DNA from: Bdellovibrionales bacterium
Lineage (GTDB): Bacteria; Bdellovibrionota; Bdellovibrionia; Bdellovibrionales; UBA1609
Reading direction: 5' to 3'
Length of the DNA stretch: 64,000 nt
Assembly: GCA_965203095.1 (NCBI GenBank)
Contig: OZ241877.1
Coordinates: forward strand, 64,001 to 128,000
Each line of letters opens with the position of its first letter. Position 1 is the stretch's first letter. The notes beneath the pieces were generated by a model. That model ran no database searches and was not told the DNA's origin. It saw only the letters and a list, made by a program, of their open reading frames with translations. A program made the position numbers and the translations under genes. This document shows positions 1 through 9,212 of this stretch, piece after piece.

Positions 1-228
1 ATAAAGGGAATCCAGCTGTAGTCGCATTTTATTTAACTGCTGACCATGGGCTGGTCTTTCTTTTAAGGGGAGGTCTTTGATGCCTCGCATAGCCAAAATC
101 AAAAAACTTTTTTTACCTAAATACTGAACTTTTAAATCATAAAGCTCTTTTTCAGTTGAGGCTTTGTTAAAAGCCTCTTTAGCCTCTTTTAACATGGAGT
201 TTATATTTTTATTCATACCATCGCCCAT
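1..228 (-). CDS. pheS: Phenylalanine--tRNA ligase alpha subunit, 5' part (runs off the window start; start at 228 or 216)
   Basis: Hand translation MGDGMNKNINSMLKEAKEAFNKASTEKELYDLKVQYLGKKSFLILAMRGIKDLPLKERPAHGQQLN matches the PheS N-terminal coiled-coil pattern (L..L+V.YLGKK...LP..ERP..GQ.LN). Not in the ORF track. Confidence 0.8.
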   Translation of the reverse strand, partial: MGDGMNKNINSMLKEAKEAFNKASTEKELYDLKVQYLGKKSFLILAMRGIKDLPLKERPAHGQQLNKMRLQLDSLY

Positions 229-362
229 TTTTTAAATCAGCTCCTATTATCAGGAGAATGAATAAAACTTCAACTGATATTGAATTATTTAATCTCTCGT
301 GAAAATCTAAATTCATGGTGACTTAAGCTGGCTTTTATGATAGCTAACTTATTGGAATCACT

Positions 363-449
363 ATGAAGAATAGGTATTTTATCCGTTCCCGAATCGCAGA
401 GAGGAAATTTAGGGAGATTATTAGGCTCTTTTCAGCTGATTTTTTTTAA
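363..449 (+). pseudogene. Fragment of IS1595-family transposase N-terminus
   Basis: Translates MKNRYFIRSRIAERKFREIIRLFSADFF*, resembling the KN+Y..RSRISE.KFR.I+RLF..D start of IS1595-family transposases; stops after 28 codons. Confidence 0.6.
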
Positions 450-627
450 GATTTTTTGCTTTTTTTTGTGAAAAATAGGATCCCGGGGGGAAGATGTAAG
501 GCCCTCCCCGTGATATTTAAGCCCCCCTCCATTGTAGGGAGACTCCAGACTTGTTTTTAAGGCTTATTTGATAGCTGAGGCTTGGATATAGATAAAGATT
601 AGAGAGAAAAATAGAGGGTTCTGAGGC

Positions 628-1110
628 TTAATCCACCCAGTTAATCTTGTCTGTGTTCAATGCTCCGCTGTCCATAATCATGTCATAATGTTTTGAGTCT
701 ATAAAAGCTCCTGCCAAGTCTGCCTTTGTCAAGTTTGCCCCTATCAATTTTGCCCCTGCCAAGTCTGCCATAAACAAGTCTGCCCCTATCAATTTTGCCC
801 TATACAAGTTTGCCCATGTCAAGACTGCTCAAGTCAAGTCTGCCTTTATCAAGACTGCCCCTGTTAAGTCTGCCATAAACAAGTCTGCCCATCTCAATTT
901 TGCCCTATACAAGTTTGCCCATGTCAAGACTGCCCCATACAAGTTGGCCTCTGTTAAGTCTGCCCATCTCAAGTCAGTTTTTTCCAGGTGTTTTTTTCCT
1001 TGTCTGATTTGTTCAATCAATTCTGCTTGTTTTGTGGGATCAACTGGCCCCGGATTTTCAGAAAAAGCCGGCAAGCTTATTAAAAGAATAAGGCTCAATA
1101 GTATTTTCAT
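628..1110 (-). pseudogene. Secreted pentapeptide-repeat protein interrupted by an in-frame TGA at 829-831
   Basis: ORFs 829..1170 and 628..822 are in the same frame; signal peptide MKILLSLILLISLPAFS starts at 1110; A(D/N)Lxx repeats continue across the stop; C-terminus NTDKINWVD is shared with 45195..45767. Confidence 0.85.
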
Positions 1111-1204
1111 TGTCTGTCTTATAGCAGGATTGTCTGGGGGAATAAAGTCTTTTGTAAATTTTTCACACAAAAGGGCAGGGCTTTATTGTGGGGCTTTGTC
1201 TTTT

Positions 1205-1257
1205 AAGCTGGTCTTTTGCTTATGCGATAACGGACAGAGCTTTTTCACGAGCGACTA
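1205..1257. mobile_element. Partial copy of hairpin-MITE family 1 (one stem arm plus terminal repeat TTTTTCACGAGCGACTA)
   Basis: Matches arm and end sequences of the copies at 57242 and 63678. Confidence 0.65.
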
Positions 1258-1401
1258 AATCGCCTGTGACAAGCCTTGTTAAAAAGATTGCATTATTCTT
1301 CAATTTCTTTAAGCCATAGCTTGCTTTTCCACAAAAAGCATTTTATACTATTTTTTTGGATTCTCAGTAAGTTAAACACCAACTAATAAGGAGATATACC
1401 A

Positions 1402-2385
1402 ATGAAAATCAAAACTCAAAAAACTAAAAAAGAACTTGGGGAATTTTCGGTATTAAAGCCCGGAAATCATCACGACAAATTTTTTAAAAGATTCTATTCT
1501 CAGCCTCAATTTGCTGAGGAGATTGTGAGATTGATATTGTCTAAAGAGGAGTTAAAAGCCTGTAATCTATCAAAACTCAAAGTAGAAAAAAGCCTTTTTA
1601 AAGATAAGCAGATGGACTTGGTTTTGTCTTTTCCCCTAAAAAACTTTCCTAAAAGCCAGATCAGGATAGTCGTCCTGTTTGAGCACAAGTCCAAATATGA
1701 CAAAAATCTCTTTAAGCAGGTTTTAAGGTATCAGACAAAGCTTTATGAGCAGTCCCAACAGAGGATAGTGGTAATTCCTGTTTTGTTTTATCACGGAAAA
1801 GTCCCTTGGAGTTGGAAGTTGTCTTTTCAGGAGGTTGTTTTAGGAGAGTTTTTTTTAAAAATTCCTCGATCTTTTAGAAAAAACATGTTAAATTATGGTT
1901 TGAGGTTATTGAATACAGGGGATAGGAGGGTTCAGAGGGTTTTTGATGATCGGAGTTTTAAGACGGGTCGGGTTTTACAGTTGTTGGACCGTGTGTGGTT
2001 TTTAAAGGATAATGAGCGGGAGTTGCGGGAGGTATTATTTGCTTTTTTTAGGGTTTTTAAGCGTGATGAGTGGATATTGGCTGTGGCCAAGTATTTGAGG
2101 TCGGCGGGGGTAAATATTAAGCTTTGGAACAAGTTGGAGGAAGAGGCTATTAAGAAGGCTTTATTAAAGAAAGGAGGCTATATGGACATAAAAGAGGAAA
2201 TTCGGTTGGAAGGTCGCTGGGAAGGACGACAGGAAGGTCGGCAAGAGGGACGGGAGGAAGGTCGGGAGGAAGGCCGACAGGAAGTTATCCGGAATATGCT
2301 GAGAGAAAAGGCAGATCTGACTTTCATCTCTAAAGTGACGGGCCTACCTGTTCGAGAGATCAAAAAGCTTAAAAACGGTTCTTGA
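1402..2385 (+). CDS. Rpn family recombination-promoting nuclease / putative transposase (PD-(D/E)XK)
   Basis: HDKFFK, MDLVL, LFEHKS and VIPVLFYHG motifs; C-terminal EGRQEGR repeats and ISKVTGL. Confidence 0.9.
   Translation: MKIKTQKTKKELGEFSVLKPGNHHDKFFKRFYSQPQFAEEIVRLILSKEELKACNLSKLKVEKSLFKDKQMDLVLSFPLKNFPKSQIRIVVLFEHKSKYDKNLFKQVLRYQTKLYEQSQQRIVVIPVLFYHGKVPWSWKLSFQEVVLGEFFLKIPRSFRKNMLNYGLRLLNTGDRRVQRVFDDRSFKTGRVLQLLDRVWFLKDNERELREVLFAFFRVFKRDEWILAVAKYLRSAGVNIKLWNKLEEEAIKKALLKKGGYMDIKEEIRLEGRWEGRQEGRQEGREEGREEGRQEVIRNMLREKADLTFISKVTGLPVREIKKLKNGS
2182..2385 (+). CDS. Candidate internal in-frame small product (RpnS-like antitoxin, 67 aa)
   Basis: AAGGAGG at 2171-2177 precedes an in-frame ATG at 2182. 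Confidence 0.6.
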   Translation: MDIKEEIRLEGRWEGRQEGRQEGREEGREEGRQEVIRNMLREKADLTFISKVTGLPVREIKKLKNGS

Positions 2386-2401
2386 TTCTTGTTCAGTTTG
2401 T

Positions 2402-4957
2402 TTAAAAATAGGTTTTAAGGTATTGCCCGGTCAGGCTTTTTTTGTTTTTTGCCACATCCTCTGGAGGGGCCTGAGCCAAAAGCTGTCCACCTGCTGGTCC
2501 AGCTCCAGGGCCTAAATCTATAAGATAATCACAAGATTTGAGTATATCTAAGTGATGCTCGATAACCATCACTGTATGCCCTTGATCCACCAGACGGTGT
2601 AAAATTTGAATCAGCCTCTCCACATCCTGAAAATGAAGTCCTGTAGTAGGCTCATCTAAAATATAAAAACTGTGAGAGCGAGTTTTTTTGGCCAGTTCCC
2701 TGGACAGTTTGATCCTCTGGGCTTCACCACCGGAAAGGCTAAGAGAGCTTTGCCCTAAGCGAATATATCCTAAACCCACATCTTGCAAAAATTTTAACTG
2801 ATAATTAATGCCCGGATGATTTTTAAAAAACTTTAGAGCTGAATCCACACTCATATTTAAAACATCAAAAATATTTTTCCCTTTGTAAAATACATTTAAA
2901 ATCTCCGGTGTGTATCTTTTGCCATTACAAACTTCACACTGCGAAAATACATCTGGCAAAAATCGCATCTCCAATTTAACAGCTCCTGCCCCTTTGCAAT
3001 TCTCACAACGGCCTCCAGGAATATTAAAGCTAAAATGCCCCGGTGCTTGCCCTCGCATTCTGGCTGTAGGTAAAAAAGCAAAAAAATTCCTAATTTGTTG
3101 GAATAGGCCCACATAAGTGGCTGGGTTAGAACGAGGGCTCCGGCCAATTGGTTTTTGATCAATACAAATGACTCTTTCCACAAGATCTAAACCATAAGCC
3201 TTGCGAACCAAGCCCTTGGGGTAAGAACTTTTGTTAATTGAGCTGAGCAAAAGAGGCTCAATACTACCTGTGACAAGAGAACTTTTCCCACTTCCGGAAA
3301 CTCCACTCACAGCCACCAAGCAAGATAAGGGAATATTCACATTTATATTTTTTAAATTGTTGGTTTTAAGCCCTTGAAGCCGGATAGTAGAGGCTTTTCT
3401 GTTGAAACGACTCTGGTAAATGGGGATGGATTTTTTTTTGGATAGATAAGCCCCAGTCAGGCTTTTTTTGTTTTTTTTGATTTCAGAAACTGTTCCCTCC
3501 GCTAATAAAAAACCTCCGTTTTCCCCAGCTCCGGGCCCCAAATCAATCACCTTGTCGGCCTGACAGATGCTCTCCTCATCATGCTCCACTATGATGACTG
3601 TATTCCCTCTATCCCTTATTTTTTGGACTGCCTTTAAAAGGCGATGATGATCTTTTGCGTGAAGGCCAATGCTGGGCTCATCTAAAACATAAAGTGCCCC
3701 CACTACCGGAGAGGCCATTTGAGAAGCCAGACGAACCCTTTGGGCCTCTCCTCCGGAAAGGGTGGAAAGAGAGCGGTTTAAACTCAAATAATCTAAACTC
3801 AGTTCATGCAAAAAAGAGAGCCTTTCTAAAATAGGCTTTTTTATCTTTTCCACAATTTGCTTTCGAGTCCCAGAAAATTTTAAAGCCTTTATAAATTTTT
3901 CCAACTGGACAATATTCATTGCACTGAGCTGATTGATATTTAAATCTTGAATTTTTACTTGTAGGGCCAACTCATTTAAACGGCCCCCTTGGCATTGAGG
4001 GCAAAGCTCGCCCACTTTCTCTTTATGTCTGTAATAAATATCCTCTCTGTCTATCGATCGCCCTGTCCCATTACAAGAGGCACAAGCCCCTTTGGGGCTG
4101 TTAAAGCTGAAAAGCTTAGGCTCCATGTCGGGAAAACTGAAGTCACACTGAGGGCAAGACAGATGGAGGGAGTAAAGTTTTTTTTGTCCCTTAGGGCTTT
4201 CTGCCTGCACAAAAGAATGGCTGAGGTTTAAAGCCCCCTCCACCGCAGAGGTGATTTTTTCCAAATAACCTCTATCCCAAGTCACTATATCCACTAAAAC
4301 CTCAATATAATGATCCTTTCTTTTTTCCAGTTTATGAACTTGGCCCAAGTCCCTCCACTGGCCATCAATTCGTGCACGATCCCATCCCATAGAGAGGCAC
4401 TGCTCTATCTCTTTAGAAAACTCCCCCTTTTTGCCTCTGGCAATGGGGCTTAAAATATAAAGAGGTTCTGTTTTAGGGGACTTGGCTATTTCCGCAGTGA
4501 TCTCCTCAGCAGTTTGTGATTTTAAGAGCTTTTTGTGAAGGGGGCAAAAGGACTCTCCGGCACGGGCATATAAAAGCCGGACAAAATCATAAATTTCCGT
4601 AAGAGTGCCCACAGTGGAACGAGGGTTAAAAGAGATGGTTTTTTGATCGATGGCAATGCTGGGGGAAAGCCCGTAAATGAAGTCCACTTGGGGCCTTTTC
4701 ATCTGATCGATAAAGTATCTCACATAAACGGATAGGCTTTCTAAATAGCGCCTTTGCCCCTCAGCGTAAAGGGTATCAAAAGCCAAGGTGGATTTACCAC
4801 TGCCACTGAGTCCGGTGATAAGAGTGATTTTATTCCGGGGGATAAAAACATTTATGTTTTTTAAGTTGTGCTCCCTGGCACCCAGGACCTGAATGCCCTC
4901 TTTTGCTGTTTTCCTTAAAGGGGATTTTTGTAAAATAGGTTTTTTTAAGCCTTCCAT
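2402..4957 (-). CDS. uvrA: Excinuclease ABC subunit A
   Basis: GAREHNLKNI, two Walker A motifs (GLSGSGKS, GVSGSGKS), LSGGEAQR twice, CxxC zinc fingers. Confidence 0.97.
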   Translation of the reverse strand: MEGLKKPILQKSPLRKTAKEGIQVLGAREHNLKNINVFIPRNKITLITGLSGSGKSTLAFDTLYAEGQRRYLESLSVYVRYFIDQMKRPQVDFIYGLSPSIAIDQKTISFNPRSTVGTLTEIYDFVRLLYARAGESFCPLHKKLLKSQTAEEITAEIAKSPKTEPLYILSPIARGKKGEFSKEIEQCLSMGWDRARIDGQWRDLGQVHKLEKRKDHYIEVLVDIVTWDRGYLEKITSAVEGALNLSHSFVQAESPKGQKKLYSLHLSCPQCDFSFPDMEPKLFSFNSPKGACASCNGTGRSIDREDIYYRHKEKVGELCPQCQGGRLNELALQVKIQDLNINQLSAMNIVQLEKFIKALKFSGTRKQIVEKIKKPILERLSFLHELSLDYLSLNRSLSTLSGGEAQRVRLASQMASPVVGALYVLDEPSIGLHAKDHHRLLKAVQKIRDRGNTVIIVEHDEESICQADKVIDLGPGAGENGGFLLAEGTVSEIKKNKKSLTGAYLSKKKSIPIYQSRFNRKASTIRLQGLKTNNLKNINVNIPLSCLVAVSGVSGSGKSSLVTGSIEPLLLSSINKSSYPKGLVRKAYGLDLVERVICIDQKPIGRSPRSNPATYVGLFQQIRNFFAFLPTARMRGQAPGHFSFNIPGGRCENCKGAGAVKLEMRFLPDVFSQCEVCNGKRYTPEILNVFYKGKNIFDVLNMSVDSALKFFKNHPGINYQLKFLQDVGLGYIRLGQSSLSLSGGEAQRIKLSRELAKKTRSHSFYILDEPTTGLHFQDVERLIQILHRLVDQGHTVMVIEHHLDILKSCDYLIDLGPGAGPAGGQLLAQAPPEDVAKNKKSLTGQYLKTYF

Positions 4958-5871
4958 CCTCCCTTTACCCCTTTGACGATAGAGCTTTCCACAGTGAAAG
5001 GATGAAGGCTCTCATAATGTTGCACACGAATAAAGTAATCCACAAGCCCCTTTTCCCTCCGGAACAAAAAGGCCAATCGCCGGACGGCATCTTCACAAAA
5101 CATCATATTGTTGGCATTGAGACGGGCAAACTCCGCCTCATCCTCCCTTTTGACCGCTGTTTGCACAGCTGTTTTTAGGCTTTCTTCTACTTTACCCACT
5201 GTCTTTAAAAAAGAAAAAGAGTTTTTTGATTTTTCCCCCAACTGAAGTTTAAAAAAAGCTTTACTTTTTTGAGCATGAGGGACGGCAGACAAAAAACCCC
5301 TCTCATTCAAATAAGCTAAAGCCTCTTCTTTTTTAATGCTGTTTTGACTTATGAAAGCCTTTTCAAAATCCCGTTTGATGATCTCACGGGCTAAAGAAGC
5401 AGAGCAAGGGCAAGTCGAAGAGTAAAGAACCTCCCCCCCAGCAATATATTGAAAAGCCTTTTTCTTCCCCTCAAAGTTCAATTCCAAATAAAAAGGATAC
5501 TCCCTCCACCCCCTGAGCGAACTTTTAAGAGCTTTTCGCAAAACAGGCCATCCGGCTGAGAGACGAATACGGCCGGATTGAGATGGCCCTTTTTGACTTT
5601 TGATGGCCTTCAGCAAAACTTTTTTTAAGCCTGAGAAGCTCACAATATTTTTGGAAAAATACTCATGCAAGCTCAAATAAAGCCTCGACATGTGTATCCC
5701 TCTCACTTTTTGATCTTGTAAAGAGACCAAAACCGACAACTTGGCCGATGTTGTGATCTGGGTTGTGAGACGCACAGGCAAGCTCAAACCCTGAATGCCC
5801 ACCAAATCAATAGCTTGGCTGGACTTTAGCCTTTCCCTCGCGACATCGGGAACTTGTTGAGATAAAGACAC
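4945..5871 (-). CDS. folE2: GTP cyclohydrolase IB
   Basis: RGIHMSRL, YSSTCPCS, PHAQ, VKREDE, FCEDAVR and HYESLH motifs. Confidence 0.95.
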   Translation of the reverse strand: MSLSQQVPDVARERLKSSQAIDLVGIQGLSLPVRLTTQITTSAKLSVLVSLQDQKVRGIHMSRLYLSLHEYFSKNIVSFSGLKKVLLKAIKSQKGPSQSGRIRLSAGWPVLRKALKSSLRGWREYPFYLELNFEGKKKAFQYIAGGEVLYSSTCPCSASLAREIIKRDFEKAFISQNSIKKEEALAYLNERGFLSAVPHAQKSKAFFKLQLGEKSKNSFSFLKTVGKVEESLKTAVQTAVKREDEAEFARLNANNMMFCEDAVRRLAFLFRREKGLVDYFIRVQHYESLHPFTVESSIVKGVKGGWKA

Positions 5872-5881
5872 TGGTCAAGCC

Positions 5882-6097
5882 TTACAGCCTATCCGCTGGA
5901 CGAATGGGATTGTCATAATCAAAATAAACTTTGCCTTTAGCCACCTCTCTTAAAGCTGTCACTACCGGCTTGTTTTTTACAGCTACCAAAGGAGAGTCCC
6001 CCTTTAAAATCTGCTTGACACGCTTAGAGACAATCACCGCCAACTCAAAGCGATTGGGAACTTTTTTTAAGCAATCTTCCACAGTGACACGAGCCAT
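5882..6097 (-). CDS. rpoZ: RNA polymerase omega subunit
   Basis: [17 protein letters not shown]...[10 protein letters not shown]. Confidence 0.97.
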   Translation of the reverse strand: MARVTVEDCLKKVPNRFELAVIVSKRVKQILKGDSPLVAVKNKPVVTALREVAKGKVYFDYDNPIRPADRL

Positions 6098-6157
6098 ATT
6101 TTCCTCCTTATTTAAAGCTCTCTTCTATCATCATTTTTAAGCCTTCTCAAGTTTTTT

Positions 6158-6838
6158 TTACATTTTGATTAGGGCATAGAAAAGCATTTTTTTCAATTCA
6201 AAAGGCAAAAAAGGTTTTTCCAATAAAAGGCTAATTCGTTTGGCCTTTTTGTCATTCCACTGGGAGGGTTGGTTCAAAAACTGAAGGGCTTGAGCTTTTT
6301 TTGAGCTGATCCGGGGGGTCCGTTGCGGGGCTTTTTGGCCGGGATAAACCGTTTTAAAAAGCCGGGGCCAGTCAAACAAATAGCCCGGATCGGCTTTGCC
6401 ACGAAAGCCAGCAATATGCTCATGCCCTAAAATCCTTTCCGGCTTTTCCAAAGCAGGATAAAGCTTTTTAAGCTGAGACAAAAGGGCAAAAAGGCTGGCA
6501 TATTGGTTTTCAGAAAAGGGAAAAACATTGCCGTTCCAATTCACTAACTCTATCCCAAGAGAAAAGCGGTTAAAGTTTTCCCAAAGAGCTTCAGAATCTA
6601 AAAAACGACTGTGACCAGCATGAAAAGCTTTTTGGCAAAGGCCCTTTGTGCAAGGGACTATTTCATATAAAGCCCCTTTCTCATCTATCAGAATATGACA
6701 GGATACTGGGTGAGAATGAGATAAAAAAATATTCAAACTCCCCTTCAAGCTCTGTGCTGTATAATGCAAAACTGCAAACTGAACAGGAATAGGCTTTTTT
6801 TCAAGATGAGGGGAACGGTATTTTTGGGAAATCAGCAT
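6158..6838 (-). CDS. N-acetylmuramoyl-L-alanine amidase (Amidase_2, AmpD-like)
   Basis: VLHYTA, AFHAG.S, NRFSLGIELVN, GHEHIA..R.K.DPG..FDW. Confidence 0.9.
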   Translation of the reverse strand: MLISQKYRSPHLEKKPIPVQFAVLHYTAQSLKGSLNIFLSHSHPVSCHILIDEKGALYEIVPCTKGLCQKAFHAGHSRFLDSEALWENFNRFSLGIELVNWNGNVFPFSENQYASLFALLSQLKKLYPALEKPERILGHEHIAGFRGKADPGYLFDWPRLFKTVYPGQKAPQRTPRISSKKAQALQFLNQPSQWNDKKAKRISLLLEKPFLPFELKKMLFYALIKM

Positions 6839-6933
6839 AATGGACTCTGCCCTGTATAGAAATTTTAGATTAAGTCTCTTCTTCTAATTTTTTTAAAATA
6901 ATAGACCCTGCCCTGTATACAAAAAAATTTAGA

Positions 6934-6990
6934 TAGTTGCCTGATAAAAGTCTACATTTAACAGATCGCATAAACAAAAATCCATCTTAC
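6934..6990. mobile_element. Degenerate partial copy of hairpin-MITE family 1
   Basis: TAGTTGCCTGATAAAAGTCTACATTTAACAGATCGCATAA resembles the reverse complement of the right end of the 57242 copy. Confidence 0.5.
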
Positions 6991-7267
6991 CTGGCGGGAA
7001 AAATACCCATGAACCATACAAAAAACTTAGGATAAGTATAAGCTAAAACTAAGACTAAAAAAAACAGGAAACAAGTTTAAAATTTAAAAACATAAAAAAG
7101 TTAAAAAAACATAAAGTTTGAAGTAAAAAAAGCCGGATCCCGGCATTTTTGCCATAGAGTTATTTTCTATTAAAAAACATTTCTGTGAAATTATTTCAAA
7201 GTTGGTTGAGGTTTTTACAAATAAAAAGTAAAAAAGCTTAATGACTTTATTTTATGAAATAATAAAA

Positions 7268-9010
7268 ATGAAATATATTGTTTTGTTTGCTTTGTTTATT
7301 TTGATCTCATGTAAAGATCACTTCACCCCCACCTTTTCTGAAAAATTAGATGAACCTCAAATTTACCTCAGTCAAGATCGAGAATCTGTGGGCTTAAAAG
7401 ATCTCAACAGGGATGAATCCCAGTTTTTACTGCTGTCGGACAAAATCATTTTCCCTAAGAAAACCAATGTAAAAAAACCGGATCCGCTCAGCTCATGGAA
7501 AACTCTCGATAGCTTGAAACCGGAAGATATTAAAATCAAAATATCCTCTTTTTGCTCCTGGACAAAGCAAGAAACAAACTCTGAGGAAAGGCTTGTTCGG
7601 GAAATGGCCAGCTCATCTTACCATAGATCCTTTTCTGTTTTAGAGCTTGTGCCAAAAAAAGTTTTGCTTTCCTCTCCACAAAAAACTTTTTATTGCAGTT
7701 TTATTTTTGCTTTTAAAAATGAGTCCGGGCTTTTTGACCATTACAGTATAAACCAACAAAGCATTCATCCTTTGTTTGCTGTTTTTGAAGATTCACCTCG
7801 GCCCCATCAAGAACTCTCTTTAATCAGGGAAACGGCTGAAGGCTACCTTCCCATTCAAAACAAAGTGATAAAAAAAGAAGATCTTTCTAAAATCACACTC
7901 TTTGACAGATCAGAGCAGTCGGTTAAAAATTACCTGTTATTTTGTGAAGGTTTAAAAGCACTCAATATTCCCGGAAATCCCACTGGCCTATCCCCTGCTT
8001 TTGTCCATCTGAGTCAAGCCCATCTAAAAGATGCTCCTCAAGGGCTGAGCCTTTGCCGATTCTTTTCTGAAGATAAAAATGGAAAAACTCTGGGAATAAG
8101 CTCTCCTTTTCAAATAGATTTTGCCAGTTTGCAAGAAGAAGAACAAACTCCTTTAGATCTGGAGGCCCTCTCGGCACCAAAGTTAATATCTCCCGACTAT
8201 TCTAAAATCCTATCTGGTCGTGATCCGGCCCCTTTAAACAGCTGGTTTCAATTTCAAGGGCTTGAGCCTTTTTTAGGAAAAAGCGACTCATCCATAGATA
8301 TCGAAGTGACCACATATTGTTCTAACAGAAAAAATCTTGGCCGGGGCCAAGTGGTTGTGGAAAGCTATCGCTTTCCCTTCCAAACCCAATTTCCCCTAAT
8401 GGCTGTCACCCCCAAACCACTTTTTCTTTTAGATACTGTGAGCACAAAACGATGGGAAGGTAAAAAAGAGAGATTTCGGGAGAGGGGGACATTTTCCATG
8501 CCTCGCCGGCAACATCGTGCAGACAAAGCCACCTGCCTATATGAAATCCAGTTAAAAAGCCCGGAAAAACCTAAAGTCTCAAAAAAGTTTCCTGTCCGTC
8601 ATCAAGATATTATATTCAGCAATGGATCTTATGGGATAGATTATAATCCCTTAAGCCAATACCCCTTTATCAACCCTGTATCTCCAAATAGAAGCAGAAG
8701 TAAATATTTTTTAAGCCTTAGAGATTTGGATCAGGCGGGGCATTTTCATTTTGTTTTTGAAAGCCCCTCTTTAGCCAATCATACAGTTATAGAATGCCAC
8801 GGTGGAAAAGACTCTAAAAAAACAGATCAATATATAAAAATCTCCCTGGATCTGAGTTCAGTGGGGCGGATCATGTCTGCAAAGGCACTGTTCCTTAATC
8901 CAGAATTAAAAGAATATATAGACAGGAAAACCATGGCCGCATGTCGTCTTTTTATTTATAAAAATAATATTATTCAAAGTTTTTCCGGTGAGATGAAAAT
9001 CATGAAATAA
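7268..9010 (+). CDS. Hypothetical lipoprotein with two internally repeated Cys-containing domains
   Basis: Lipobox-like MKYIVLFALFILISC; similar blocks IKISSFC..FSVLELVPK and IEVTTYC..FPLMAVTPK. Confidence 0.7.
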   Translation: MKYIVLFALFILISCKDHFTPTFSEKLDEPQIYLSQDRESVGLKDLNRDESQFLLLSDKIIFPKKTNVKKPDPLSSWKTLDSLKPEDIKIKISSFCSWTKQETNSEERLVREMASSSYHRSFSVLELVPKKVLLSSPQKTFYCSFIFAFKNESGLFDHYSINQQSIHPLFAVFEDSPRPHQELSLIRETAEGYLPIQNKVIKKEDLSKITLFDRSEQSVKNYLLFCEGLKALNIPGNPTGLSPAFVHLSQAHLKDAPQGLSLCRFFSEDKNGKTLGISSPFQIDFASLQEEEQTPLDLEALSAPKLISPDYSKILSGRDPAPLNSWFQFQGLEPFLGKSDSSIDIEVTTYCSNRKNLGRGQVVVESYRFPFQTQFPLMAVTPKPLFLLDTVSTKRWEGKKERFRERGTFSMPRRQHRADKATCLYEIQLKSPEKPKVSKKFPVRHQDIIFSNGSYGIDYNPLSQYPFINPVSPNRSRSKYFLSLRDLDQAGHFHFVFESPSLANHTVIECHGGKDSKKTDQYIKISLDLSSVGRIMSAKALFLNPELKEYIDRKTMAACRLFIYKNNIIQSFSGEMKIMK

Positions 9011-9023
9011 ATTCATAAGTGTT

Positions 9024-9097
9024 TATACCGATTCTGTTTGAAAATTCCTGCTTTTTCTATCCTGTTTTGAACGGAAATCTCAAATGTAACCAGTATA
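9024..9097. mobile_element. ~74-bp MITE-like repeat, family 2 (TATAC.GATT...AA.CAGTATA)
   Basis: Four similar copies (9024, 18084, 26139, 49806) with short terminal inverted repeats ending in TA. Confidence 0.75.
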
Positions 9098-9212
9098 AGA
9101 GTTCTTTTTATCAAGAAAAACTTGACAAGCTACCATATTTAAAGACAAAGTATTTGATACGATTTAAGTCACTATGAACCTTTATAAAGTTCTGTGGTAG
9201 CCTTAGAAAAAT

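Noticed and set aside
829..831. TGA recoding (genetic code 4/25 or selenocysteine)
   Set aside because: TGA ends normal genes here (rpn, secD, the ATPase), Trp is encoded by TGG, and the position is not a Cys site
6843..6934. Direct repeat GAC.CTGCCCTGTATA..AAATTT.AGAT as LexA boxes
   Set aside because: Does not complete CTG-N10-CAG; only two copies, probably a local duplication
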